Shown here piece by piece: positions 52,961 to 64,000 of a stretch of 64,000 nucleotides of DNA (within the stretch, counting starts at the first letter, position 1; the number at the start of each line of letters is the position of its first letter). This DNA comes from Eledone cirrhosa. Taxonomy: Eukaryota. The stretch lies in the NCBI GenBank assembly GCA_964016885.1, contig OZ024742.1:144088001-144152000 (forward strand). The letters run 5' to 3'. Below the pieces are notes generated by a model. That model had not been told where the DNA came from. It saw nothing but the letters and a program-made list of their open reading frames with translations, and ran no database searches. The position numbers and the translations under genes were made by a program.

Positions 52961-54479
52961 TCCAACATCTAGCCCCACATCTCCATTTGTAACTTCTGCC
53001 ATACTCACATTACATTTAAATTTTAAAGCTTACACAAACATCCTACTTATCAAAGAACACTATGATGAGTATATTTTCGGGGAGAGAAATACACATATGC
53101 ATATTGTATATATATTATATATCATCATTTTAATGTTCACTTTCCCTGCTAGCAAAGGTTGGAAAGGTCTATATAGAACAAGTCTCTTCTGAAGCAGGGC
53201 TACTGATCTCCCAAACAGGCCAAGGATCTGCATCTCACTTATGTATGATCTCACAAGAGAGGTTGTCATGTCTTTGACACAACTGAAGGATTCTCCCAAC
53301 CCTTTGTTTAGCAAGCTTTCTATAGCTGGATGCACTTCCTACCACCAACCACTTTACATCATGTACTGGATGCATATATCATGTAGATCACCAACAGTAG
53401 GAAGGTTGCCATGTCCTTTATATGACTAAAGGGTCCTTCCAACACATGTTTTTGGCAAATTTTCTATGGCTGGAAGCCCTTCCTATCACCAACCACTTTA
53501 CATCATGTACTGGATGCATTTATCATGTAGATTACCAACACCAAAGAGGCTATTATATCCTTGACTGAAGGGTCTTCTGGGTGCATGTCCCCTGGTAATA
53601 GAGAATATATTTATGACATGATATAAGTGTCCACTCTATCATGTATTAGTTTTTATTCAGAGTTAGTGCTTTCATAGACAGGTTGCCTACACTACAACTT
53701 GCAGAGTTGACATCACTTCTGCTTATTCCTTCCATTTTTATCTTAGGGTATGAAATTCTGCTGCAAAATACACAGTATCAGTGTGATATCCATAACATCT
53801 ATGTTGATGGGATGATATCATAAGTGCCATAGCTATTTAATTAAGGCATCAGTAACTTGGCATTATTTTTACTTCTAACAGAGTGCCAGACAGGATTAAA
53901 CTCTGAAAGGAATCATTCGAACAGCTAATATGGGAACAAATTGTAGCCTTGAGGTATAGACTAGCATCCAATTGAAACATGTACATATTGGAGATATTCC
54001 AAGCCTTACACTACACTGCACTAGATTGCATTAACACACTTACATAAACACAACCACAACCACATATTCAGACACACACACACACACACAATGCAAAGAC
54101 TCGAGGCTGTCAACACTTCAATATTTTATCTCTAGCAGAAAGTTGTTTAAAACAACACCAATATTTACAACAAGAGCAGAGTTAGTTCTACTATATAATA
54201 ACCCTGTTAGAATCATTAGAGAGTTTATATGAATGTCATATCTCTGTTATGTTTCACAAGGTTTATGTAAAACTGATATACCTGTTATGACTTTTACATG
54301 GTTTATGTGAATGTAATATCTGTTATGATGACAACAGAGAATGTAAGAATGTCATTTCTGGTGCTGTTTTGTTGTTAAGTAGAAAATATAATCAAAAATT
54401 GCTTGGGGAAACAATGTATGTATGTAGTAGGAATATATATTGTTCATTTTACATCTCCTTTGTGGGTTTCAACATCCTC

Positions 54480-54960
54480 TGATCCACTTTCACCACTTTT
54501 GCCCTAGCCTCCCTCAAACTAACTATACCACATCTTCTGTCCATTTGAAACTCTTGGCACTTCTTCCCCCTGCCTTACACACACCTGATTCTTCTAATAG
54601 CTAGTTTTACTCCCAACTCATCCTTGCTTTGTTGTTTATGCACAGTCATATTACATACTTAATGAAACATGTTCAATTCATTTTTTTTCTTCTAGCTTTT
54701 ATATATCCTCTGCATTTACTGTCCATGTAATCTACCATGCAACTTCATTCTTATTACACTGGTATCATGCAATCTAGACTTTATTCAAACAGAGAATGCC
54801 TTTGTTACTAACAGTGGTAGAAGCTTCCTGGACATTTTTCACTTAGTTCTTATTTTGGCCATCATGCTTTTGGAGCATCCTCCTCTACTGCTAATTAAGT
54901 CACCTAGGTAACAGAAGCTATTAACTACCTCTATAGGGCCTTCCCTGGATTGGAAATAGT
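54480..54960 (-). mobile_element. Decayed RTE LINE fragment (RT domain end)
   Basis: Minus-strand EVVNSFCYLGDLISSRGGCSKSM matches the RTE EVVDSFCYLGD..S..GGC motif. Confidence 0.75.
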
Positions 54961-56741
54961 TATTTCTCGAGTGTTCTTACTGCTAACTATTCCTGTACAC
55001 ATGCTATACCTAAAATCTATTTTCCCTGTTAGCCTGCTTCTGACAGCACTATACTTCTTGTGTACTCATTTAATACAATGTATGAAATTCCTACCTATTT
55101 CTTTTCTGTATATCAAAGACATTTCCCTAATGGCAGCAGAAGTCTGTTTTTTTCCCAAATACTAAGACATTATTGGTTTACTCAGAGGCCTTTTGATATG
55201 AGGTTTAGTTCTACATCTGGAGTCTCTTCACTAAATTTTGTACAACTTCAGTTTTAAGTACATGCCTGCATGTACGTATATATATTAATATTAGTCAATC
55301 AAATTCCAACACACACAGGTAGATTTTCATATTTTATTTCTTATTTTCACTAGTATTAGAATTTGATTGACTAATATATTATTTGAGCACAAACTGTAAA
55401 TTATATACAATGAGTGTGTGTGTGTGCATTTATGTATGTGTATATATACATATGTGTGCGTGTGTATATATTTATATATATATAGCCATCAAAACCATGC
55501 CCCTCTAAATGTATATGTTATGTGTATACAGACACACTCACACACTCTTGCAGGGCTGTATTTACACATGTGAATGTGTTTTTACCCCACCTCCACACTC
55601 ATCTTGCACACTGGCTGTTCTTCATTTATCCAGATATTATTATATATCTTAGTATCAAAATATTGTCTTGAGGATTCCATTCAACTTGAATTTCTTACAG
55701 CAAGCACAATGCAAGCTTTACTGTTATTAACTAAAGACTTAGTTAATAGCTATTGTATTTCTGTCTTAATTCAATTATTTAACAAGATCAATCTAATAGA
55801 CATTTAATATCAGATTCCTCGATTTTAAAAATGAAAATGACATGAGCACATAATTATTAGCCAGCTAATTGGGTGTAATTAAGATAACCTGATAGGAATA
55901 GACCTATCTAGAAAGCTTTAAATATAGATGTAAGCATTACTATTTTTAGCCAGTTGAAAATACTTGTAACTTTCTAGTTGAACTTCATGGTGATATATAT
56001 CTTGAGTTCAGAAAGATTTAAAATCCTTGTGAACACATGTAAAAAACACCATCGCACTAACTTTAGTGAACACATTTGTTTTATCAAGTATTTAACACAT
56101 ATCATTAAGCCAGATATCCCTCCTTTGTTTATTTAATTTCAACAGTCATACTTTAATACAATAACAGTTATGGGTCGGCCTATCATTTATGGAAATAGCA
56201 GCAATAGAAAAAAATCACTAAATATAATACTATTCATATCTCATGTCTTCTTAAAATCAATGGGATTACACAAAATAAACCATAAAGAAAAAGAATATAC
56301 ATAAAGGAGAGAGAGAGAGAGAGAGAGAGAGATATCAGTGGAGACGAAGTGATTATGTCTGTTTTTGATGAACTGATTATAATTTGAGTGCATGATAAAT
56401 TAGGATTGTCAGTTTATAATAAATTGCGATAATTAGCAGAGTGTTGGATAAATTGATATTACAAATAGAGTGTATGAGTAAACGAGAATATGTAGAGTGT
56501 ATGAGTAAACGAGAATATGTAGAGTGTTGAAGAATTCAAGATGGTGAATAGCTTCTTTTAACTACTAAAAACCACCAACTGTTTGCTACAAGCACTCATT
56601 AAAAGGATCTATACTAGTGGAAATCAACAAAGGAATCTCTGTGGAGTCATTCAACCTGCCAGAAACGGCAGTCAAACTTCCACAATTCACACCTGACAAG
56701 GCAAAATCTTCAAAAATATTAAGTACTCTCAATAATAGTTT

Positions 56742-56952
56742 TTATGTTTGACCCAAGGCCAGCAATTTGAAGGAAATAGGAGAATCAATTAAATTGACAC
56801 CAGTGTTTTACTGGTACTTTATTTTATTAACCCTGTAAGGATAAAAGGCAAAGCTAATCTTGGAGGAATTTGAACTCAGAATGCAAAGGGTCGTAACTAT
56901 ATGCTACAAAGCATGCTTGTCCAATGATCTACTGATACTGCCAATCCACTGT
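56742..56952 (-). mobile_element. SINE family A copy
   Basis: Reverse-complement match along the full length. Confidence 0.8.
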
Positions 56953-56968
56953 CCTACATTCAAAAAGT

Positions 56969-57313
56969 GAAGGTGCATAGCTTAGTGGTGAGAGCATTGG
57001 GCTTGCAGTTGTAAGGTTGTGAATTCGATTCTTGGACCGGGTGATATGTTGTTTCCTTGAGCAAGACACTTTATTTCACGTTGCTCCAATTTACTCAGCT
57101 GTAGAAATGAGTTCCGACATCACTGGTGTCAAGCTGTATCGGCCACTGCCTTTCTATTGGACAACATAGGTGGCGTGGAGAGGGAAGGCTGGTATGCTTG
57201 GCTGACTGCTGGTCTTCCACAAACAGCCTTGCCTGGACTTGTGCCTCAGAGGGGAACTTTCTAGGTGCAAATCCCATGGTCATTCATGACTGAAGGGGGT
57301 CTTTACTTTACTT
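56969..57313 (+). mobile_element. Full-length tRNA-headed CORE-like SINE (family B) with (CTTTA)n tail
   Basis: Box A/B-like head, tccttgagcaagacactt core, ctttactttacttta tail; candidate TSD TACATTCAA at 56955-56963 and 57314-57322. Confidence 0.85.
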
Positions 57314-58906
57314 TACATTCAATAACATCATGGATTATAATGGGAAACTAATTTTTCTGTTTTTATGAAAATATTCTTGACTGTTGTTCTGAGGTAGCAA
57401 TGCCCACCCCAAAATTAGTTTTATCATGATAGATCCCAGAACAAAAATAAGGACTGATAATTGAATGACGTTCCATCAACACAGATCCTGTGTTCAGTAA
57501 CCCACTACAGCAGCCTCTATGAGTCCATCAGGAGTTATGGGTCCAAACATACAATCCAGTGTTGTATAGTCTTTATCAGATGGTCCATAAAATTCACAAG
57601 GGAAACGTTATCAAATCGCCAAATATATATTTATTCTATTTGCATTATGCAACACAGTAGGACATAAAATTCAACATGAACTGTCAACTCTTTTGTATAG
57701 ATAATTCGTGGTTCACCTAAACTCCATTATGCACCACTGATGTGAACTTTAGAATTTGGATCAAAATTAATTGTGTAAGGCAAGGAATTTAACTTTTCTT
57801 TTAACGAGAGTAATGCAACGGAATTATGAAGGTTTTAACATTTGTTTAGTCTTTTTTTTTTTTGCCATCTGTTCTGTGTGTTTGTTATGTAATGTAGCAA
57901 ATCTCACCTCAATTCTTTTACCATTTTGTTTGTGAGGTAAAGTATCCTAAATTTTCACCACACCAACTCTTGCTTTCTTATATATTCCCTTTACCTCACC
58001 CCTCAATCAATGATAGAGCATCTATACAGTTGCGTGACATGTTAGAAATAGCAGCCAAATCTGCCTCAAATCATATCCTACATTTATTTGGATGAAAAAT
58101 AAAAAAGCTTGCTCCTGTTTACACTCCACCATTCCCATGATCAGCACACACTACCACCACCAAGACCACCACCACCATGACCACCACCACCACCACCTCA
58201 ATGTATACAATGCAGTTATATAACAGTTATTTTCTCAAGGATATTAAATGGTCAACAGAAAGAATTACTTAGAAAGAAAAAAAATATATATAAAACCCTT
58301 TTCAATACGAAGACAATGGATAAATTGGAATAAAATAATTAATCTTTGTTTTAGGATTCTTTCTTTCATGTCTGTTTGTTTGTATTTCATTTATTTTTCT
58401 GTTTTTTTAAAGGTATTTTATGAAAATTCATTAAGACAGAATATGAAAGAAAAACAAACAAACAGGAAGGTATATAAAGCATATTATCAATATAAACTAC
58501 GAAAATTAAATAAATAAATCATAATTAATATTATTTTGCAAACAACAACAATATTAATAACAACTTACAAGTAACAATAACAACAACAACAACAACAACA
58601 ACAATAATAATAATAATAATAATAATTTACATATTAAAGATAAAGAATCAAAATCCCAAACTGATATTTCTTTTGTTTTCTATACACAAAAGAAACTCCA
58701 AACAGTTATTATTTATCAAAACAATCCACAGCAAACAATTACACAACCTATGCTGCCTCATCCCCAACCATCATATCACTCTAGAATAGTTTACTGGCTA
58801 TAAAACACCATTAAATATAGAGAATTGTGAAAAAACTTTGTTCACCATTTTTATGATAACTTCTCTAATGTTTTGGGTGCGGTGAAAGAAAGGTAAGCAC
58901 AGAAAT

Positions 58907-59268
58907 TTAACCCTTTCACATTTAAACCAACTGTATTCAGCCAGAATTCTCTCACCTCTTTCTGATCAAACTGGCTGTAACCAGTCATTCATGTTAAGGT
59001 ATTGTTCTCAAAATAAATATCAAAATCTCATAGATTTGATATTATGTGAGATAATTATGTGAAGTAAAGCCTTTACTGTGAAAATATAATAATAAATATA
59101 GAGTAATCATCATCATCATCATCATCACTGATTAATGTCTATCTTCCACGCTAGCATGGGTTAGACGGATTTGTCCCATTTACAGGCAAGTTGGGTCAGG
59201 TGACCGTGTCTCGCTCATATAGGCATGTTTCTGGCTTCCTAACACTAATGTAAATGCGAAAGGGTTCA
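58907..59268. mobile_element. piggyBac-type MITE (family 1, reversed) carrying a family C insertion at 59107-59245
   Basis: TTAA-CCCTTTCACATTTA ... TAAATGCGAAAGGG-TTCA; the MITE sequence resumes after the insert. Confidence 0.8.
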
Positions 59269-59334
59269 ACTGTAAAACCTTCATTCCTCTTTCATAGATT
59301 CTAACACATATATCCAAATATACACCCCAATCCA

Positions 59335-59642
59335 CTACCCCTACCCTATCCTCCCACCAACAGCACGAGATAATGGGATCGAGATCGTGTAGGTGTCACG
59401 ACAAAAAAAACACACACAGTCCACGCTGTAATGTGGCCGTGTAAGTAACACGGTAAAAAGTTCCCAGTTCCACACTGTAAATGTGGTTGGTGTTAGGAAG
59501 GGCATTCAGCCGTAGAAAACCTGCCAGATAGTCCTATATGAGCAAGACACGGTCACCCGACCAGCCTTGCCTCAAGTGGGACAACTCCCGTCTAACCCAT
59601 GCTAGCGTGGAAAATGGATGTTAAACGAAGATGATGATGATA
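59335..59642 (+). mobile_element. Family C retroelement 3' portion
   Basis: Reverse complement of 8157-8455 and 33117-33440; (GAT)n tail. Confidence 0.85.
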
Positions 59643-61221
59643 CATGCATCATACAACTCCTGTAACATACAACTCCTTCCAACACTGCTCACTAACAGTT
59701 AATCTCAACACCACTACAACCCCTCACCACACATACCCCATGTCTTTCCCTACACCCGTTCTTAGCTGCTGTCCCTTTGAGAAGTGGTTGGTGATGGGAA
59801 AGGCATCCAGCTTGACAAACATAGGGTTGGGAGAACCCTTCAGTCACGTCAAGGCATGACAGACTCCTTTGTGTTTGGTTATTTACATGATAAACGCACC
59901 CAGTACATGCTGTAACGTCTTTGGGGATAGGAAGGGCATCCAGCCATAGAGAGCTTGCTAAACAAAGAGTTGGGAAGATCCTCAATTGTGTCAAAAACAT
60001 GACAATTCCCCCTGTGCACTGGATAGAATGTGAGACAGCACATAAGTGAGATGAGAGGTCCCTGTCTTGCCTGTAATTTTTATTGTGGCACCAAAATGAC
60101 CATTTTACAGTGTGGTCTGGAGACTAGGGCATGGGGTGTAAAGGCGAGGGAGGAATATGTATGTAGTAGTAGTAGTAGTAGTAGTAAGCTTGCAAACAAA
60201 AGATGCCGTAAATGCCAAATGGCAAATTACAGAAAAATGTTAATAACATCAAAAATGGTGATCAGAATTCTTTGCCATTGTTGAAATTGCTGAAATAAGC
60301 ATGCAAATTATCTACTGAAACTACAAATCTTCAATACAAAATATTGGGTATATTGTAAATATGTGGGTGCATGTATGTATGTATACAATATGTATATATA
60401 TATTATTTCCCTTCCTATATCTATATGTGACAATTCTTTGCCTAGTTAACTTGCTGATCAAAACTTGCCTGGTGATTTCACCAAATTGGTTTATATATAT
60501 ATATAGATAGATATGTATAAATATGTGTTTGTCTTACATTTTCTAAACAATATTTATTAGTAACCACACAACGCCTTTGTCACATTTAATTCATATTAAT
60601 TTATTGCTGACTTTCATTCTGTTCTCTCTATCTCGCTTCTTGTTGTTAATTCCGGTCTTGGACTTAAGCACCTACTATTTTGAATTAACTTTTTTCCTTC
60701 CTGCTTTCTCCCTCTTTCTTTCTCTCTCTCTCCCACTCACTTATTCTCTTTCTCTCCTACCATCTATTCCCTTTCTCCTTTTTCTCTGCTCCCATACCGC
60801 TTCCCCCCTTTTATTTACGTTTTCCTTCATTTCTCCCTCTTTGCCCCTGCTCTTGCTAAGATCAGACATTTTTCTCTCTCTCTCTTGCTGTTAATACAGA
60901 TTCAGGACTTATGATCAGTTTTCTTTTTAACTTCTCCTTCTCTCCTTACTGCTACTTACATGTACTAATGTCTCATGTTTCCCCCTCTCTATCGGTATGT
61001 TTTTTTTTTTCTGGTTCTTTTCTTTTTTTGTCATTCTCTTTGCCATTGTCTGTTTTTTTTTGTTGTTGTTGTTGTTTCCTTCCTCAATAACTATATCTCG
61101 TAGCTATCAATGCACTGTGGTGAGATGTAGTGTTTTTAATGTGCCAAAACATCAGCGACCCACAGCAAACAGCCATAGAGCAGGAATTGTCCTTATGTTT
61201 GTGTTTCTCTTACATTTTCTA

Positions 61222-61284
<63 letters not shown>

Positions 61285-61301
61285 TATATATATATATATG
61301 T

Positions 61302-61334
61302 ATGCATAAAAAATTGATTAGGTTTTCAAGGAAC

Positions 61335-61416
<82 letters not shown>

Positions 61417-61449
61417 GTTCCTTGAAAGCCTAATCAATTTTTTATGCAT
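61302..61449. repeat. 148-bp near-perfect palindrome centred on (TA)n
   Basis: 41-bp arms (61302-61342 and 61409-61449) with one mismatch around a self-complementary TA run. Confidence 0.95.
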
Positions 61450-62057
61450 GCCTATTGTGAATAATATCTTCAAATTTCAACTACATCAAATGCTCAGTTT
61501 TCATATCCATTGTAAGCAACACCAACCCACCAACCCACCCCCTCCACCAAAATGAACAACTACTACAAATACATCTTTCTTACACACACACACACACACA
61601 CAATAAAACTAATAATAATAACAACAACAACAATAAAAAATATATGGCTTTGTTCTTCAGAGAACAGAAGATAGAATTCAGGCATGATCTGACCAATTTG
61701 TACCAGGCATTGTTTCAATTTCAACAGTTAGTAGTACTTAATGTCTTGTTTCAAACAGAGATAATACTTTCAGAATATGAAGGATCCATAGAAAAACAGC
61801 AAGAACAACTATTAGTGTGTTACTTGATTAACAATTTGGTTAGAGGAATGCATGTGGAAGGTGGTGTTGGAACTGTTCTATTTTATAAGGCCTGTTGTTC
61901 TCGTCATTCTTGTTGTTAGGTGGTTGTTGGTGTACTCATTTATTGTATTCTCTTCTTTATATATATATATATATATATATACATATATATATAAAAAGAA
62001 ATCACCATAACTACGAATCCTATCCCTATCATTACAACCACAGCCAATTCCAGCAGT

Positions 62058-62245
62058 GGTACCACCACCACCACCACTATTAACTCCATCTCCACCAATT
62101 CTACCACCACTACACAATCTACTGTCACCACAGCTAATTTCACCACCAACACCACCACCACCACTACTACTACTAGCACCACTACCACCACCATTACCAC
62201 TACTGCTACCACAACTACTAATACTACTAATACTACTACTACAAT
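62058..62245. repeat. (CAC/CTA)n low-complexity tract
   Basis: Directly visible. Confidence 0.9.
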
Positions 62246-62763
62246 GAAAAGCAACCAGGAAACGACTACAAGAGAGCAACAACAAAAGCAGAAATGAACT
62301 TGAATACATAAAAAAAAAACAATAACAAAAATAAACAAACAAATAACTGATAACAACAATAACAATAATAAAGTCAATGAATGACAATAGTTAATTTCAA
62401 AATTGATGGCATCAAAAATTTTTGGGGAAAAAATCAACTATATTTATAAACAGAACATCCCTTTCCCTCCCGTAATCTACCTCATCATCATCATCATCAT
62501 CATTATCATTATCATTATCACCATCACCATCACCATCATCATCATCAAGAACATCATTAGGTTCATTAACAACAATGGCAACAAGCAACAGCAGCAGTAA
62601 GAATATAATCAGTAGCAACAATTGCAAAGAAAACACACAAAAAAAGGTTTCATCATCATCATCATCATCATCATCACTAGTATGTAGCAGCCACAGAAAC
62701 AATAAGAACAAACAAAATAAAAGAATGAAAACCAAATAGAAAGAAAAACAGGCACGGTGGGGG

Positions 62764-62767
<4 letters not shown>

Positions 62768-62836
<69 letters not shown>
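62768..62836. repeat. (GA)n microsatellite
   Basis: Uninterrupted run. Confidence 0.97.
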
Positions 62837-62841
<5 letters not shown>

Positions 62842-63086
62842 ACAACAGCAAGGAGAACATGACAGTTGGTAGCAAAAATAAGGAGAGCAACAACAGCAAT
62901 AGCAAGAATAATAGACAAGAATAGCAACAATGAGTCAGAGAAGGTGAGTGTATGGGGTGTACTTCTAACTGGTTGCCTAATCTGCTAGAAATAGCAAGGG
63001 ATTTGGAACTCAGAACAAAGAAAAATAATTAAATTGAGCAGGGTATTATTTTGTTGGATATCCACTGATTCTGCCTATCTGTTGCC

Positions 63087-63279
63087 TTAAACCTTTTGCA
63101 GTTACATGACTCTATATTTACTATTGTATTTTCACAGTAAAGGCTTTACCTCACATAATGTCAGATCTAGGAGATCTTGATATTATTTATTTTGAGAACA
63201 ATACTTCAGCATCAATTTGAGCAGAAAGAGGTGAGTGAATTCTGGCAGGATACAACCGGTTTAAATACTAAAGGGTTAA
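63087..63279. mobile_element. piggyBac-type MITE (family 1), older copy
   Basis: TTAA-ACCTTT ... TAAATACTAAAGGG-TTAA; internal match to 40727-40942. Confidence 0.75.
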
Positions 63280-63701
63280 AGATTTTTAACATTGGTACAC
63301 AAACCACACATTTTTGTTTCAGGGATGAAAGTTAAGGTATTGTTGAATGAATCAATTTAGTATATTACTGTTAATCATTTTATTGGTCTTCAGGTGGCTC
63401 GATGAAAGGCAAAGCAACCTCCAGCAACATTTTAACCCCTCCATTACTGTAATTCTAATGAAAAACACTGCCTATGAATTTTGAAAATAATAAATATGAA
63501 GAGATTTAGTAATATACTAACTTTCTCGTTATTAAGCTAGTGTTTAGTGTGATGTATCGGTAAAGGCATTAGAGTGTCAAAAAAATATTTACTATCTGAG
63601 TTCAAATCCTGTCAAGGTTAACCTTGCTTTTCATACTTCTGACATCGATAAAATCGAATTTGCCTTCTCACCAAATTTCTAGCCTTGTGCCAATATCAGA
63701 A

Positions 63702-64000
63702 AGAATTATTAAGTTAGTGTTTGGAACATAATTTAACAAAAATTCTTACATAAAATTATGATGGAAGGTTTTAGATAACCATAAATACTTTAAAACAGCT
63801 TTGTTTATTAGAAGCAGAGGTGATTTGATATCAAAAGTGTTAGCCTAGAATAGAATTATTAAGCTAGTGTTTGGAACATAATTTAACAAATATTCTTACA
63901 TAAAATTATGATGGAAGGATTTAGATAAACATAAACACTTTAAAATATACAGTTTCGTGTATGAGAACCAGAGGTAAATTGATATCAAAAGTGTTAACCT
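63702..64000. repeat. 150-bp tandem duplication within a MITE family 2-like sequence
   Basis: agaattattaag.tagtgtttggaacataatttaacaaa.attcttacataaaattatgatggaagg at 63702 and 63852. Confidence 0.9.

Noticed and set aside
57495-57607. Protein-looking minus-strand stretch RFPCEFYGPSDKDYTTLDCMFGP...
   Set aside because: Bounded by stops, no acceptor AG, no recognised family.
61644-61919. 91-aa plus-strand ORF with helical-looking composition
   Set aside because: No recognisable domain or partner exons; lies among low-complexity tracts and antisense to the glypican exon.

Overview
Eukaryotic, AT-rich, microsatellite-dense DNA. The repeat content (tRNA-headed SINEs, RTE LINE fragments with (GAT)n tails, long di- and trinucleotide runs) suggests an octopus or other coleoid genome; this is an inference. 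Only one host coding exon is supportable: a 263-bp minus-strand exon (41538-41800) with canonical AG/GT sites encoding the Cys-x-CWNG region of a glypican, probably of the GPC3/5/Dally type. The rest of the window therefore appears to be intron of that gene. Almost all listed ORFs are microsatellite or decayed-transposon artefacts. Mobile DNA includes several SINE families, RTE and R4/Dong-like LINE fragments, one unclassified (possibly Tx1/L1-like) LINE 3' end, TTAA-flanked piggyBac-type MITEs, a mariner-type MITE and decayed hammerhead-like motifs of probable Penelope origin. The most interesting pattern is an (ATT/AAT)n landing pad. One SINE family builds head-to-tail arrays with ATTAT-initiated target duplications, shares a spaced 3' motif with the adjacent LINE end, and co-occupies these tracts with antiparallel R4/Dong-like fragments. 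There is also a dense cluster of fold-back structures at 32.4-36.1 kb. There are no prokaryotic features, CRISPR arrays or intact tRNA/rRNA genes. Repeat boundaries were set by eye and are approximate unless a TSD or TIR defines them.
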